Shown here piece after piece: positions 37,723 to 46,106 of a DNA stretch of 64,000 bases. The DNA is from Fulvivirga sp. (GTDB lineage Bacteria > Bacteroidota > Bacteroidia > Cytophagales > Cyclobacteriaceae). The stretch covers positions 1,656,139 to 1,720,138 of the forward strand of contig OZ260091.1 in assembly GCA_965284555.1 (NCBI GenBank), given 5' to 3'. The notes under the pieces are model-generated. The model was given only the letters and a program-made list of their open reading frames with translations, had not been told where the DNA came from and searched no databases. The position numbers were made by a program, and so were the translations under genes. The stretch's first letter is position 1. Each line of letters starts with the position of its first letter.

Positions 37723-37732
37723 CAAAAATCAA
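37719..37732. promoter_or_regulatory. Crp/Fnr-type box upstream of the cytochrome c-fasciclin-nosZ operon
   Basis: ttgac-aaaa-atcaa, 1 base from the FNR consensus TTGAT-N4-ATCAA; degenerate repeat ctgac-aaaa-attat at 37741-37754. Confidence 0.7.
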
Positions 37733-37809
37733 GTTTTAATCTGACAAAAATTATTCTATTTAAGAAACTAAAATTGTAAAATTTGTATCAACATCAAAAC
37801 CCAAATCAT

Positions 37810-38289
37810 ATGTATACTTTTTTTAAAAATATAATTGTTTGTGTGCTACCAGTAGCACTAATGGCTTGTAGTGGAGGTGAAAAAAACAAGATGCCGCCTC
37901 CAAAACATGCATCAGAATCAGCTCAAATGGCGAGTCCGGAGGATGCTATGAAAAATTGGCAAAGCAACAAAGGGATTGGACCAATAAAATCGATTACGCT
38001 AGGCGAAATTGATCAGGAAATGGCGGCCGAAGGTGAGAAAATATATCAGGAGCTTTGTACAGCTTGTCATAAACCTGATAAAAAATTTATCGGCCCAGCG
38101 CCAAAGGGATTATTGGACAGGAGAACGCCTGAGTGGTCTATGAACATGATTCTCAATCCAGAAGAAATGACCCAAAAAGACCCGATAGCCAAACAGCTAT
38201 TGATTGAAGCTAATGGCGCACCTATGGCCAATCAAAATCTTACAGAAGAGCAGGCACGCAAGGTACTTGAATACATCAGAACGCTTTAA
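37810..38289 (+). CDS. Monoheme cytochrome c lipoprotein
   Basis: Lipobox LMAC; CTACHK; IGPAPKG; distal Met in APMANQ (track start is TTG 37783). Confidence 0.9.
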   Translation: MYTFFKNIIVCVLPVALMACSGGEKNKMPPPKHASESAQMASPEDAMKNWQSNKGIGPIKSITLGEIDQEMAAEGEKIYQELCTACHKPDKKFIGPAPKGLLDRRTPEWSMNMILNPEEMTQKDPIAKQLLIEANGAPMANQNLTEEQARKVLEYIRTL

Positions 38290-38298
38290 GATAAAGAG

Positions 38299-38865
38299 AT
38301 GAAAACAGTTCAAGTACTAACGCTCATGCTAGCTGCAATCTTGTTACAGGCTTGTAATAATAATGCTGGCGAAAGTGAACAGACTACTACCACAAGTAAT
38401 GCACCGGCACCATTGAGTGGTCAGGCTGCTGTAAGTGACGAGGAGTCCTCCAAAAACATAGTGCAGATAGCAGCAGGCTCTGAAATGCACACCACATTGG
38501 TGGCCGCAGTAAAGGCCGCAGGATTAACCGATGTTTTGGCCAATAATGGCCCACTTACTGTTTTTGCACCTATAAATGATGCTTTTGATGCCTTGCCAGA
38601 AGGCACAGTAGATAACCTTCTAAAACCTGAAAATAAGAAGCAATTGGTAAAAATTATACATTACCATGCCGCACCGGGTACTTATAAAGATAATCTACTT
38701 AAAGACGGCATGAACCTCTTTATGGCCACTGGCGATAATGCAAAAATCAAGATTTTGGAAGATGGTACTGTTACCGTTAATGATGCCAAAATTTTGGCCA
38801 CCATACCTGCCTCTAATGGAGTTGTCCATATTATTGATAAGGTAATTTTTGCCACAACGAAATAA
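38299..38865 (+). CDS. Fasciclin (FAS1) domain lipoprotein
   Basis: Lipobox LQAC; TTLVAAVKAAGL, TVFAPINDAF, HYH and SNGVVHIIDKVI. Confidence 0.92.
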   Translation: MKTVQVLTLMLAAILLQACNNNAGESEQTTTTSNAPAPLSGQAAVSDEESSKNIVQIAAGSEMHTTLVAAVKAAGLTDVLANNGPLTVFAPINDAFDALPEGTVDNLLKPENKKQLVKIIHYHAAPGTYKDNLLKDGMNLFMATGDNAKIKILEDGTVTVNDAKILATIPASNGVVHIIDKVIFATTK

Positions 38866-38890
38866 AAAATTAGACTAAAATTTTAAAGCA

Positions 38891-40846
38891 ATGAAAAAAG
38901 CAACAACACTATTTTTTAGCATGCTAATGGCGCTTGTACTGCTGTCGGCATGTAATAATGGCAGCGATAAGTCAAAAAATGGCGCGCTAGGCGCAGGCGA
39001 TATTGCCTCACGATCATATGTGCCACCAGGCGAATATGATGAGTTTTATGCTATGATTTCCGGTGGATTCAGCGGACAGTTAAGTATATATGGTTTGCCA
39101 TCAGGCAGATTACTTAGGGTAATACCTGTTTTTTCGCAAGACCCGGAAAAGGCCTATGGTTATAATGAAGAAACCAAGCCAATGCTTAATACTTCTTTTG
39201 GGTTTGTACCTTGGGACGATGCCCATCACCCTGAACTATCACAAACCAATGGCGAAACAGATGGACGCTGGTGTTTTATAAATGGTAATAACACACCACG
39301 TGTAGCCAGAATAGACCTCTCTACATTTGAAACTACCGAGATTGTGGAAATTCCTAATAGTGGAGGTAACCACAGTTCGCCATTTACTACCGAAAACACT
39401 GAATATATAGTAGCAGGTACCCGATTTAGTATTCCTATGCCACAACAGGATATGCCCATCGATGGCAAAAAATTTAAAGGGGCATTATCCTACATTAGGG
39501 CTGACCAGCCGGGTAATATGAAAGTAGCTTTCCAGATTTTGGTACCTGGTTTTGACTACGATTTAGCACATAGTGGTAAAGGTAAATCTCATGGATGGAC
39601 TTTCTTCACTACATATAATACCGAGCAAGCCCACACCCTTAAGGAGGTAAATTCATCGCAAAATGATAAGGATTTTATTGCTGCTGTCAACTGGAAAAAA
39701 GCAGAAGAATATTTGGCCGCTGGCAAAGCCAAAGATATGCCTACTTCTTACATGCATAATTACTATGACGAAGAAAAACACATGGCCACTTCTACAGAAA
39801 TAAAAACAGTAAAAGTGCTAGACCCTGCCGATTGCCCAGGTCTAATTTATTACCTGCCCACACCTAAATCACCACACGGTGTAGATGTTGACCCAACAGG
39901 AGAATACATAGTAGGCAACGGTAAGCTTTCTGCTGATCTTACTGTCCATTCATTTGATAAAATGATTGCGGCTATTGAAAACAAAGCTTTTGATGGCGAT
40001 GCGGAAGGCATTCCGATCTTAAAATTTGAAGAAGTGGTGGTAGGTACCGTACAAAGTGGTGGCTTAGGCCCATTGCATACTGAGTTTGATGGCCGAGGCA
40101 ATGCTTACACAACCTTCTTTATTTCTTCTGAAGTGGTAAAATGGAAATTGGGTACTTGGGAAGTATTAGACAGGGCACCTTGCTATTATTCTGTTGGGCA
40201 CCTAATGATACCCGGTGGTGATTCTCGTAAACCAAATGGCAAATATTTGGTAGCTATGAATAAAATTACCAAGGACCGATATTTGCCAACAGGCCCTGAG
40301 CTTACCCAATCTGCACAGTTATATGATATCTCAGGCGATAAAATTGAATTGCTACTCGATTTCCCAACTATTGGCGAACCTCACTACGGACAAGGGATAG
40401 AGGCAAGCAAGATTGTAGATAAATCTAAAAAGCTCTACAAACTTGAAGAAAATCATCACCCACATGCAGTTAAAAATGAAAAGGACACCAAGGTGGTGCG
40501 TGAGGGCAATGTTGTGCGTGTTTATATGACCAGTATTCGCAGCCACTTCGCGCCCGATAATATTGAAGGTGTAAAAGTTGGCGATAAGGTGTATATCCAC
40601 CTTACCAATTTGGAGCAAGACTGGGACACCCCACATGGTATAAGTGTTATGGGGGCTAATAATACCGAGCTGCTTGTTATGCCCGGCCAAACCGAAACCT
40701 TGCTTTGGGAACCTAAGCGCGAAGGGGTTTACCCATTCTATTGCACCGACTTCTGTTCTGCGTTGCATCAGGAAATGCAAGGCTACATAAGAGTATCGGC
40801 CGCTGGCTCTGATGTGCCGCTTAAGTGGTCGCTAGGAGAGGATTAA
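38891..40846 (+). CDS. nosZ: Nitrous-oxide reductase, Sec-dependent lipoprotein (clade II)
   Basis: Lipobox LSAC and no twin-Arg; CuZ His motifs DAHHP, GNHS, SPHG, PLHT, VGHL, EPHY; CuA motifs TPHG and CTDFCSALHQEM. Confidence 0.97.
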   Translation: MKKATTLFFSMLMALVLLSACNNGSDKSKNGALGAGDIASRSYVPPGEYDEFYAMISGGFSGQLSIYGLPSGRLLRVIPVFSQDPEKAYGYNEETKPMLNTSFGFVPWDDAHHPELSQTNGETDGRWCFINGNNTPRVARIDLSTFETTEIVEIPNSGGNHSSPFTTENTEYIVAGTRFSIPMPQQDMPIDGKKFKGALSYIRADQPGNMKVAFQILVPGFDYDLAHSGKGKSHGWTFFTTYNTEQAHTLKEVNSSQNDKDFIAAVNWKKAEEYLAAGKAKDMPTSYMHNYYDEEKHMATSTEIKTVKVLDPADCPGLIYYLPTPKSPHGVDVDPTGEYIVGNGKLSADLTVHSFDKMIAAIENKAFDGDAEGIPILKFEEVVVGTVQSGGLGPLHTEFDGRGNAYTTFFISSEVVKWKLGTWEVLDRAPCYYSVGHLMIPGGDSRKPNGKYLVAMNKITKDRYLPTGPELTQSAQLYDISGDKIELLLDFPTIGEPHYGQGIEASKIVDKSKKLYKLEENHHPHAVKNEKDTKVVREGNVVRVYMTSIRSHFAPDNIEGVKVGDKVYIHLTNLEQDWDTPHGISVMGANNTELLVMPGQTETLLWEPKREGVYPFYCTDFCSALHQEMQGYIRVSAAGSDVPLKWSLGED

Positions 40847-40875
40847 ATGGCTATTTAATCATATTTTTCACAGGG

Positions 40876-40909
40876 AAAAGGGGGTTTGGCCTCAGTTGAG
40901 CCCCCTTTT
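40876..40909 (+). terminator. Hairpin/partial terminator between nosZ and nosB
   Basis: aaaaggggg / ccccctttt stem with extension by G-U pairs. Confidence 0.55.
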
Positions 40910-40925
40910 ATTAAACTAACATGCC

Positions 40926-41495
40926 ATGAATTGGACATCCAAAATAGTAATGATACTTGGTTCGCTACTGTTGTTACTATTATTTTTTACCCCACTTTGG
41001 CGAATTACCCTCGAAGCACCTCAATATCCTGATGGCATAACCATGTACATCTGGATTGATAAAATTACTGGCGATACACCCTATACATTGCAAAATATAA
41101 ACATTCTCAACCACTATGTGGGTATGAAATACATTGAGCCTGACTCAATTCCCGAGCTGCAATACTTTCCTAAAATAGTGATTGGCATGACCGCGCTAGG
41201 GTTGATTTTTGGATTTTTAGGTAACAGGAAGCTGATTATGGTGTGGATCGGCCTTATGATTGTATTAGGTGTATTGGGGATTTACGATTTCTATTTATGG
41301 GAATATGACTATGGGCACAATTTAGACCCCAATGCCCCTATAAAAGTACCCGGGCAGGCTTATCAGCCTCCGGTGTTTGGCTCAAAAATGTTGTTAAATT
41401 TCAACGCCATTTCTTACCCATATTGGGGCGGTCTTTGGTTGGGATTGTCTATGCTTTTAGCCGCTGTATCCGTATTTATTTCTAAAAGGAAATAG
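40926..41495 (+). CDS. nosB: NosB-like membrane protein of clade II nos clusters
   Basis: WRITLEAPQYPDG, INILNHYVGM, YGHNLDP and YQPP; position between nosZ and nosL. Confidence 0.75.
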   Translation: MNWTSKIVMILGSLLLLLLFFTPLWRITLEAPQYPDGITMYIWIDKITGDTPYTLQNINILNHYVGMKYIEPDSIPELQYFPKIVIGMTALGLIFGFLGNRKLIMVWIGLMIVLGVLGIYDFYLWEYDYGHNLDPNAPIKVPGQAYQPPVFGSKMLLNFNAISYPYWGGLWLGLSMLLAAVSVFISKRK

Positions 41496-41502
41496 TGTAA
41501 CC

Positions 41503-41988
41503 ATGAAAACCGCTAGTGTTACTATTAAACCATTGCCTTTAATTTGGCTGGCACTATTTATTTCAATGGTGGCTTGCAGTCCAAAACCAGAACCCATCAA
41601 TTATGGGCACGATGGCTGCCATTTCTGTAAAATGACCATTGTAGATCCTCGTTATGGCACTGAGTTGGTCACAGATAAAGGCAAGGTATATAAGTTTGAT
41701 GCCATTGAATGCCTCATCAACTTCAAATCAGAAAATAGTGATTTGGAGTTTGCTTTCACATTGGTTTCAACTCTTGATCAACAGCAATTAATCAATGCAG
41801 AGGAGGCTTTTTATCTAAGAAGTGCCCAATTGCCAAGCCCTATGGGCATGTACATAACGGCCTTTTCAGCTACACAAGCGCGCAATGAAATGCACGAAAA
41901 TGTATCAGGTGAAATGTTCGACTGGGATGAGTTAGTCACTGCGTTTAACCACTTACCCGAAATTAACGAATCGAAAAATGGCGAATAA
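41503..41988 (+). CDS. nosL: Copper chaperone lipoprotein NosL
   Basis: Lipobox VAC; DGCHFCKMTI, KFDAIECL and PSPMG. Confidence 0.9.
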   Translation: MKTASVTIKPLPLIWLALFISMVACSPKPEPINYGHDGCHFCKMTIVDPRYGTELVTDKGKVYKFDAIECLINFKSENSDLEFAFTLVSTLDQQQLINAEEAFYLRSAQLPSPMGMYITAFSATQARNEMHENVSGEMFDWDELVTAFNHLPEINESKNGE

Positions 41989-43222
41989 CAATACTAAAAT
42001 TATTGTCGTGCTCTTTTTCATGTTTTTAACTACATCGACATGGGCTACAAATATTCGCGTGTGCGGCACATGCGAGGTTAAATCAATTACTGCTGGAATT
42101 GCCCTAGCCCAACCTGGCGATACGCTTATCGTGGCCAAGGGAATTTACAAGGAAGGCAACATCTTTATCAATAAATCTATAGTATTGATTGGCGAAGATT
42201 ACCCAGTAGTGGATGGTGAAAATAACAATGAAATTTTTACCATATTGGCCGATAGCGTTACCCTAAGTGGGTTCCAAATTCAAAATGTGGGTATAAGTTA
42301 TACCAAAGATAGAGCAGGTATCAATGTAGTAAAGGGGCATTATGTGACCATCACAAACAATAAACTTTTTAATACCTTTTTTGGGATTTATTTACAGAAA
42401 TCATCCTACGGAACCATCAAAGGAAATTGGGTAGAAGGCAATGCTATTCAAGAAATGTCATCTGGCAATGCAATTCATTTATGGCATTGTAAAAATATGA
42501 CGGTAACAAATAATACGGCTATAAAACATCGCGATGGTATTTATCTTGAGTTTGTTGATCATGCACTGGTAATCAACAATATGAGTAAAGATAATATCAG
42601 ATATGGACTACATTTTATGTTTTCAAATAACGACAGATATGTTAGCAATACCTTTAAAAACAATGGGGCCGGAGTGGCGGTAATGTTCTCTAAAAATATA
42701 GCTATGATAGGTAACAGATTTGAGCACAACTGGGGCACAGCAGCCTATGGTTTGCTGCTTAAAGAAATTTATGATGGTGAAATAAAAGACAATGTTTTTT
42801 CAGCCAATACCACCGCAATTTATGGTGAAAGCGCTACACGAGTGGTTATTACCAACAATACCTTTGAATACAACGGTTGGGCATTGCGATTGGGTGGTAG
42901 TTGTATGGATAACACTATAAATCGCAACAATTTTTATTATAACACCTTCGATGTGGCGTCTAACAACCCTAGAAATTACAATGATTATACAGGCAACTAT
43001 TGGCACGACTATTCCGGCTACGATTTGGACAAAGACGGAATAGGAGATGTGCCACACAGGCCAGTTAAACTTTTTTCATATATTGTCAGTCGTAGCGAGT
43101 CGTCCATCATTTTACTGAGAAGCTTGTTTATCGACCTACTCAATTTTGCCGAAAAAGTAACACCGGTTTTTACTCCAACCACCTTAGTAGATGATCAACC
43201 GCTAATGAAACCCGTATTATGA
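41978..43222 (+). CDS. nosD: NosD periplasmic beta-helix maturation protein
   Basis: GNAIHLW, RDGIY, RYGLHFMFS and GNYWHDYSGYDLDKDGIGD. Confidence 0.93.
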   Translation: MANNNTKIIVVLFFMFLTTSTWATNIRVCGTCEVKSITAGIALAQPGDTLIVAKGIYKEGNIFINKSIVLIGEDYPVVDGENNNEIFTILADSVTLSGFQIQNVGISYTKDRAGINVVKGHYVTITNNKLFNTFFGIYLQKSSYGTIKGNWVEGNAIQEMSSGNAIHLWHCKNMTVTNNTAIKHRDGIYLEFVDHALVINNMSKDNIRYGLHFMFSNNDRYVSNTFKNNGAGVAVMFSKNIAMIGNRFEHNWGTAAYGLLLKEIYDGEIKDNVFSANTTAIYGESATRVVITNNTFEYNGWALRLGGSCMDNTINRNNFYYNTFDVASNNPRNYNDYTGNYWHDYSGYDLDKDGIGDVPHRPVKLFSYIVSRSESSIILLRSLFIDLLNFAEKVTPVFTPTTLVDDQPLMKPVL

Positions 43223-43962
43223 TACAGATAAAACAACTGGAAAAGTCATTTGGCAAAAACAAAGTGCTAAAAGGTGTGAACCTGGAAGTGAGCAAAAGCG
43301 GTATTTGTGCCATACTCGGCCCCAACGGTTCTGGTAAAACCACCATTATTAAAACAATATTAGGGATGGTTTTGCCATCAAAAGGTGAGGTAATGGTTGT
43401 GGGCAAATCTATTAAGGGAAACTGGCAATACCGTAGGTTAATTGGCTATTTGCCACAAATAGCACAGTTTCCAGAAAATCTCACGGTAAAGGAGCTGATA
43501 GCTATGGTGAAGGATATAAGAGGCGAAATGGCAAATGAATTACCACTAATAGGGCGATTCAACCTCCACACTTATTTAGACAAAAAGCTGCGATACCTGT
43601 CAGGTGGCACTCGCCAAAAGGTAAATATTGTTTTGTGTTTTATGTTTGACAGCCAATACATTATTCTTGATGAGCCCACTGCAGGTCTTGATCCTGTAGC
43701 GCTCATAAGCCTAAAAGAACTCATTTTAGAGGAGCGAGACAAAGGTAAGGTCATTTTGCTCACCACGCATATCATGGACTTGGTCGAAGATTTGGCCGAT
43801 GAAATTGTATTTTTATTGGAGGGCAATATTTTCTTTAGAGGTACTCATCAAGATATGCAGTCCATGACTGGCGAAACAAAGCTTGAGCGATCAATTGCAC
43901 AAATTTTAATGCACAAAACAGGGTATTCAGATGAATCCATAAAACAGTCACAGCCATGTTAA
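43219..43962 (+). CDS. nosF: NosF ABC ATPase
   Basis: GPNGSGKTT, LSGGTRQK, LDEPTAGLDP; located between nosD and nosY. Confidence 0.88.
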   Translation: MIQIKQLEKSFGKNKVLKGVNLEVSKSGICAILGPNGSGKTTIIKTILGMVLPSKGEVMVVGKSIKGNWQYRRLIGYLPQIAQFPENLTVKELIAMVKDIRGEMANELPLIGRFNLHTYLDKKLRYLSGGTRQKVNIVLCFMFDSQYIILDEPTAGLDPVALISLKELILEERDKGKVILLTTHIMDLVEDLADEIVFLLEGNIFFRGTHQDMQSMTGETKLERSIAQILMHKTGYSDESIKQSQPC

Positions 43963-44738
43963 AGATATTTAAATACAGTTTTTTTGATTTGATAAGAAGT
44001 CGCTGGAGCCTGATTTATCTCCTATTTTTCGCAATAACGGCCACTTCTTTGCTGTATATGTCTAACGATGTGGGCAGGGCAATTGCCAGCCTCATGAATG
44101 TAATTATCATACTTTGTCCGCTTATCGGTATCATGTTTGGCATCATGTATTATTACAACTCACGTGAATTTGTTGAACTTTTGCTCGCGCAACCCATAAC
44201 GCGCAAGTCCATAATTTTAGGCCAATATTTGGGGCTGTCTGTTTCATTGCTGCTCAGTTTTGTTATCGGGCTGGGGGTTCCATTTTTATTCTTTGGAATT
44301 TTGGGCTCTGTCGCGTTAACTAATTTTGTGGTTTTACTGCTTGCGGGTGCTTTATTGACCTTCACATTTGTTGCCTTAGCTTTTGTTATAGCGGTTAGCA
44401 ATGAAAATAAAATCAAAGGCTTTAGCTTGGCTATAGTACTTTGGTTGTTTATGGCAGTTTTGTACGATGGCCTCTTTCTGTTATCGCTATTTATCTTCGA
44501 AGATTACCCACTTGATAAATTTTCATTGCTACTAACCATGCTCAATCCGATAGACCTTTCGCGTATTTTGGTAATGTTGCAATTAGACATATCTGCACTT
44601 TTGGGTTATACTGGGGCTGTTTTTAATAAGTTTTTTGGTACTCAATTAGGGTTTCTTATTGCGGTAAGCTGTGGACTGCTCTGGATATTAGTTCCTGTTT
44701 TTGCTGTAGTGCGCCTTTCTAAAAATAAGGATTTTTAA
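43956..44738 (+). CDS. nosY: NosY ABC permease
   Basis: ELLLAQPITRKSI..GQYLG and LNPIDLSRIL; 6 TM. Confidence 0.85.
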   Translation: MLKIFKYSFFDLIRSRWSLIYLLFFAITATSLLYMSNDVGRAIASLMNVIIILCPLIGIMFGIMYYYNSREFVELLLAQPITRKSIILGQYLGLSVSLLLSFVIGLGVPFLFFGILGSVALTNFVVLLLAGALLTFTFVALAFVIAVSNENKIKGFSLAIVLWLFMAVLYDGLFLLSLFIFEDYPLDKFSLLLTMLNPIDLSRILVMLQLDISALLGYTGAVFNKFFGTQLGFLIAVSCGLLWILVPVFAVVRLSKNKDF

Positions 44739-45893
44739 GTGAAGCATTGGCCTAAAATAACTCTGTTTTACCTTTTGTTTGTAGCGCTCTTTGGGTTGCT
44801 ATTGCGCTATGCTTTCATCAGTCCGGGTGGTTTTGTTTTTCAATATTTTAAGCATACACATTCGCACGTAGCTTTTTTAGGTTGGGTATTTAATGCCCTT
44901 TTTATCTTGGTATTGAGGTTTTATGTTGACCAACTAACCCGTCAAATCAAATGGCAGTTCTATTTATTTCAAATTTCCATTTTAGGAATGCTCCTGACCT
45001 TTCCATTTCAAGGATATGCTGCATTATCCATCACTTTTAGCACCTTGCACATATTTATTTCCATCTGGTTTTACTTTACAACCATTTCGGCAATTGGCAA
45101 TCAAGACCAAACAGTAAAATGGATTAATTTGGCTGCTTTTTATATGGTGGTATCCAATATTGGACCTTTGGCTTTAGCACCTATTCTCATATTAGGATTG
45201 AAAGATAGCGTAGTCTATCACCTTTCATTACAGCATTATCTGCACTTTCAGTATAACGGTTGGTTCTTTGTTGCAGCCATTGGGCTAATTATTAAAACTT
45301 ACAATATTAAGTTTAATAAAAGCAACCTACTTTTTTGGCTGTTGGCATGGTCTGTAATACCGCTGTTTTTTAGTACAGTAGCCATTATTATTGACCACTC
45401 CCTCTATAGAGGTATTGGTGCGGTAGGCGCTTTGGCTCAGCTAACAGGAATATTGCTATTTTTTCCATCATTGCGTAAAGCCATTATTCAACAATCAAAT
45501 ACTGAAAGGCTACTCATCTTTATAGTAATGCTGTGCATGATGGCAAAAGGAATTTTTCAATTGTCCATATCAATTCCTGCTATATCAGCTTCATTTATCA
45601 ATTTGCACAACCCCATTATAGGGTTTTTACACCTTGTCTTTTTGGGTATCATCACCAATTTGTTGGTGTTGATGTTTATCAAATCAGGTTTTATTAATGT
45701 GGGTAGGCTTACGTTTCTCGCTGCCATATTGTTTAATCTGGGTTTCTTTATAATGGTTGGTCTGTTGTTTATTCAACCGTTATATGTTCCTTCCAACTAT
45801 TTTCAATATCTGTTTTGGTCGTCAATTCCTATTTTAATCGGAGTAGTGCTGTTTAATATACAAGCTTTTGTAGCTGTAAAACCAACCTACTAA
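44739..45893 (+). CDS. Uncharacterised ~12-TM protein with three H-x4-G-[WI] motifs (heme-copper-oxidase-like pseudo-symmetry)
   Basis: GTG start abuts the nosY stop; HTHSHVAFLGW (H43), YLHFQYNGW (H169), FLHLVFLGI (H298). Confidence 0.8.
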   Translation: MKHWPKITLFYLLFVALFGLLLRYAFISPGGFVFQYFKHTHSHVAFLGWVFNALFILVLRFYVDQLTRQIKWQFYLFQISILGMLLTFPFQGYAALSITFSTLHIFISIWFYFTTISAIGNQDQTVKWINLAAFYMVVSNIGPLALAPILILGLKDSVVYHLSLQHYLHFQYNGWFFVAAIGLIIKTYNIKFNKSNLLFWLLAWSVIPLFFSTVAIIIDHSLYRGIGAVGALAQLTGILLFFPSLRKAIIQQSNTERLLIFIVMLCMMAKGIFQLSISIPAISASFINLHNPIIGFLHLVFLGIITNLLVLMFIKSGFINVGRLTFLAAILFNLGFFIMVGLLFIQPLYVPSNYFQYLFWSSIPILIGVVLFNIQAFVAVKPTY

Positions 45894-46006
45894 TTATGGC
45901 TTTGATTTTTGAAAATATTTTATTAATATGAAAATATTGATTTTTTGTTGATCAACTAGCCAAAATACTGGCCTTGAATCAAATGGTTATTACCATTTTG
46001 TATTTG

Positions 46007-46020
46007 CTGATTATTATCAG
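46007..46020. promoter_or_regulatory. Crp/Fnr-type box upstream of ccoNO
   Basis: g-ctgat-tatt-atcag-c; degenerate second site ctaac-ggca-atcat at 46029-46042. Confidence 0.72.
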
Positions 46021-46106
46021 CTTTCTGTCTAACGGCAATCATAATCCACCTAATGATGGGTGTTTACCTTCGCTTTTAATTATTATAAATGACAACACGC
46101 TAACTT

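Noticed and set aside
44739-45893. Nitric-oxide reductase NorB or a second CcoN
   Set aside because: It lacks the adjacent HH pair and the other conserved catalytic-site motifs; kept as an unknown HCO-like protein
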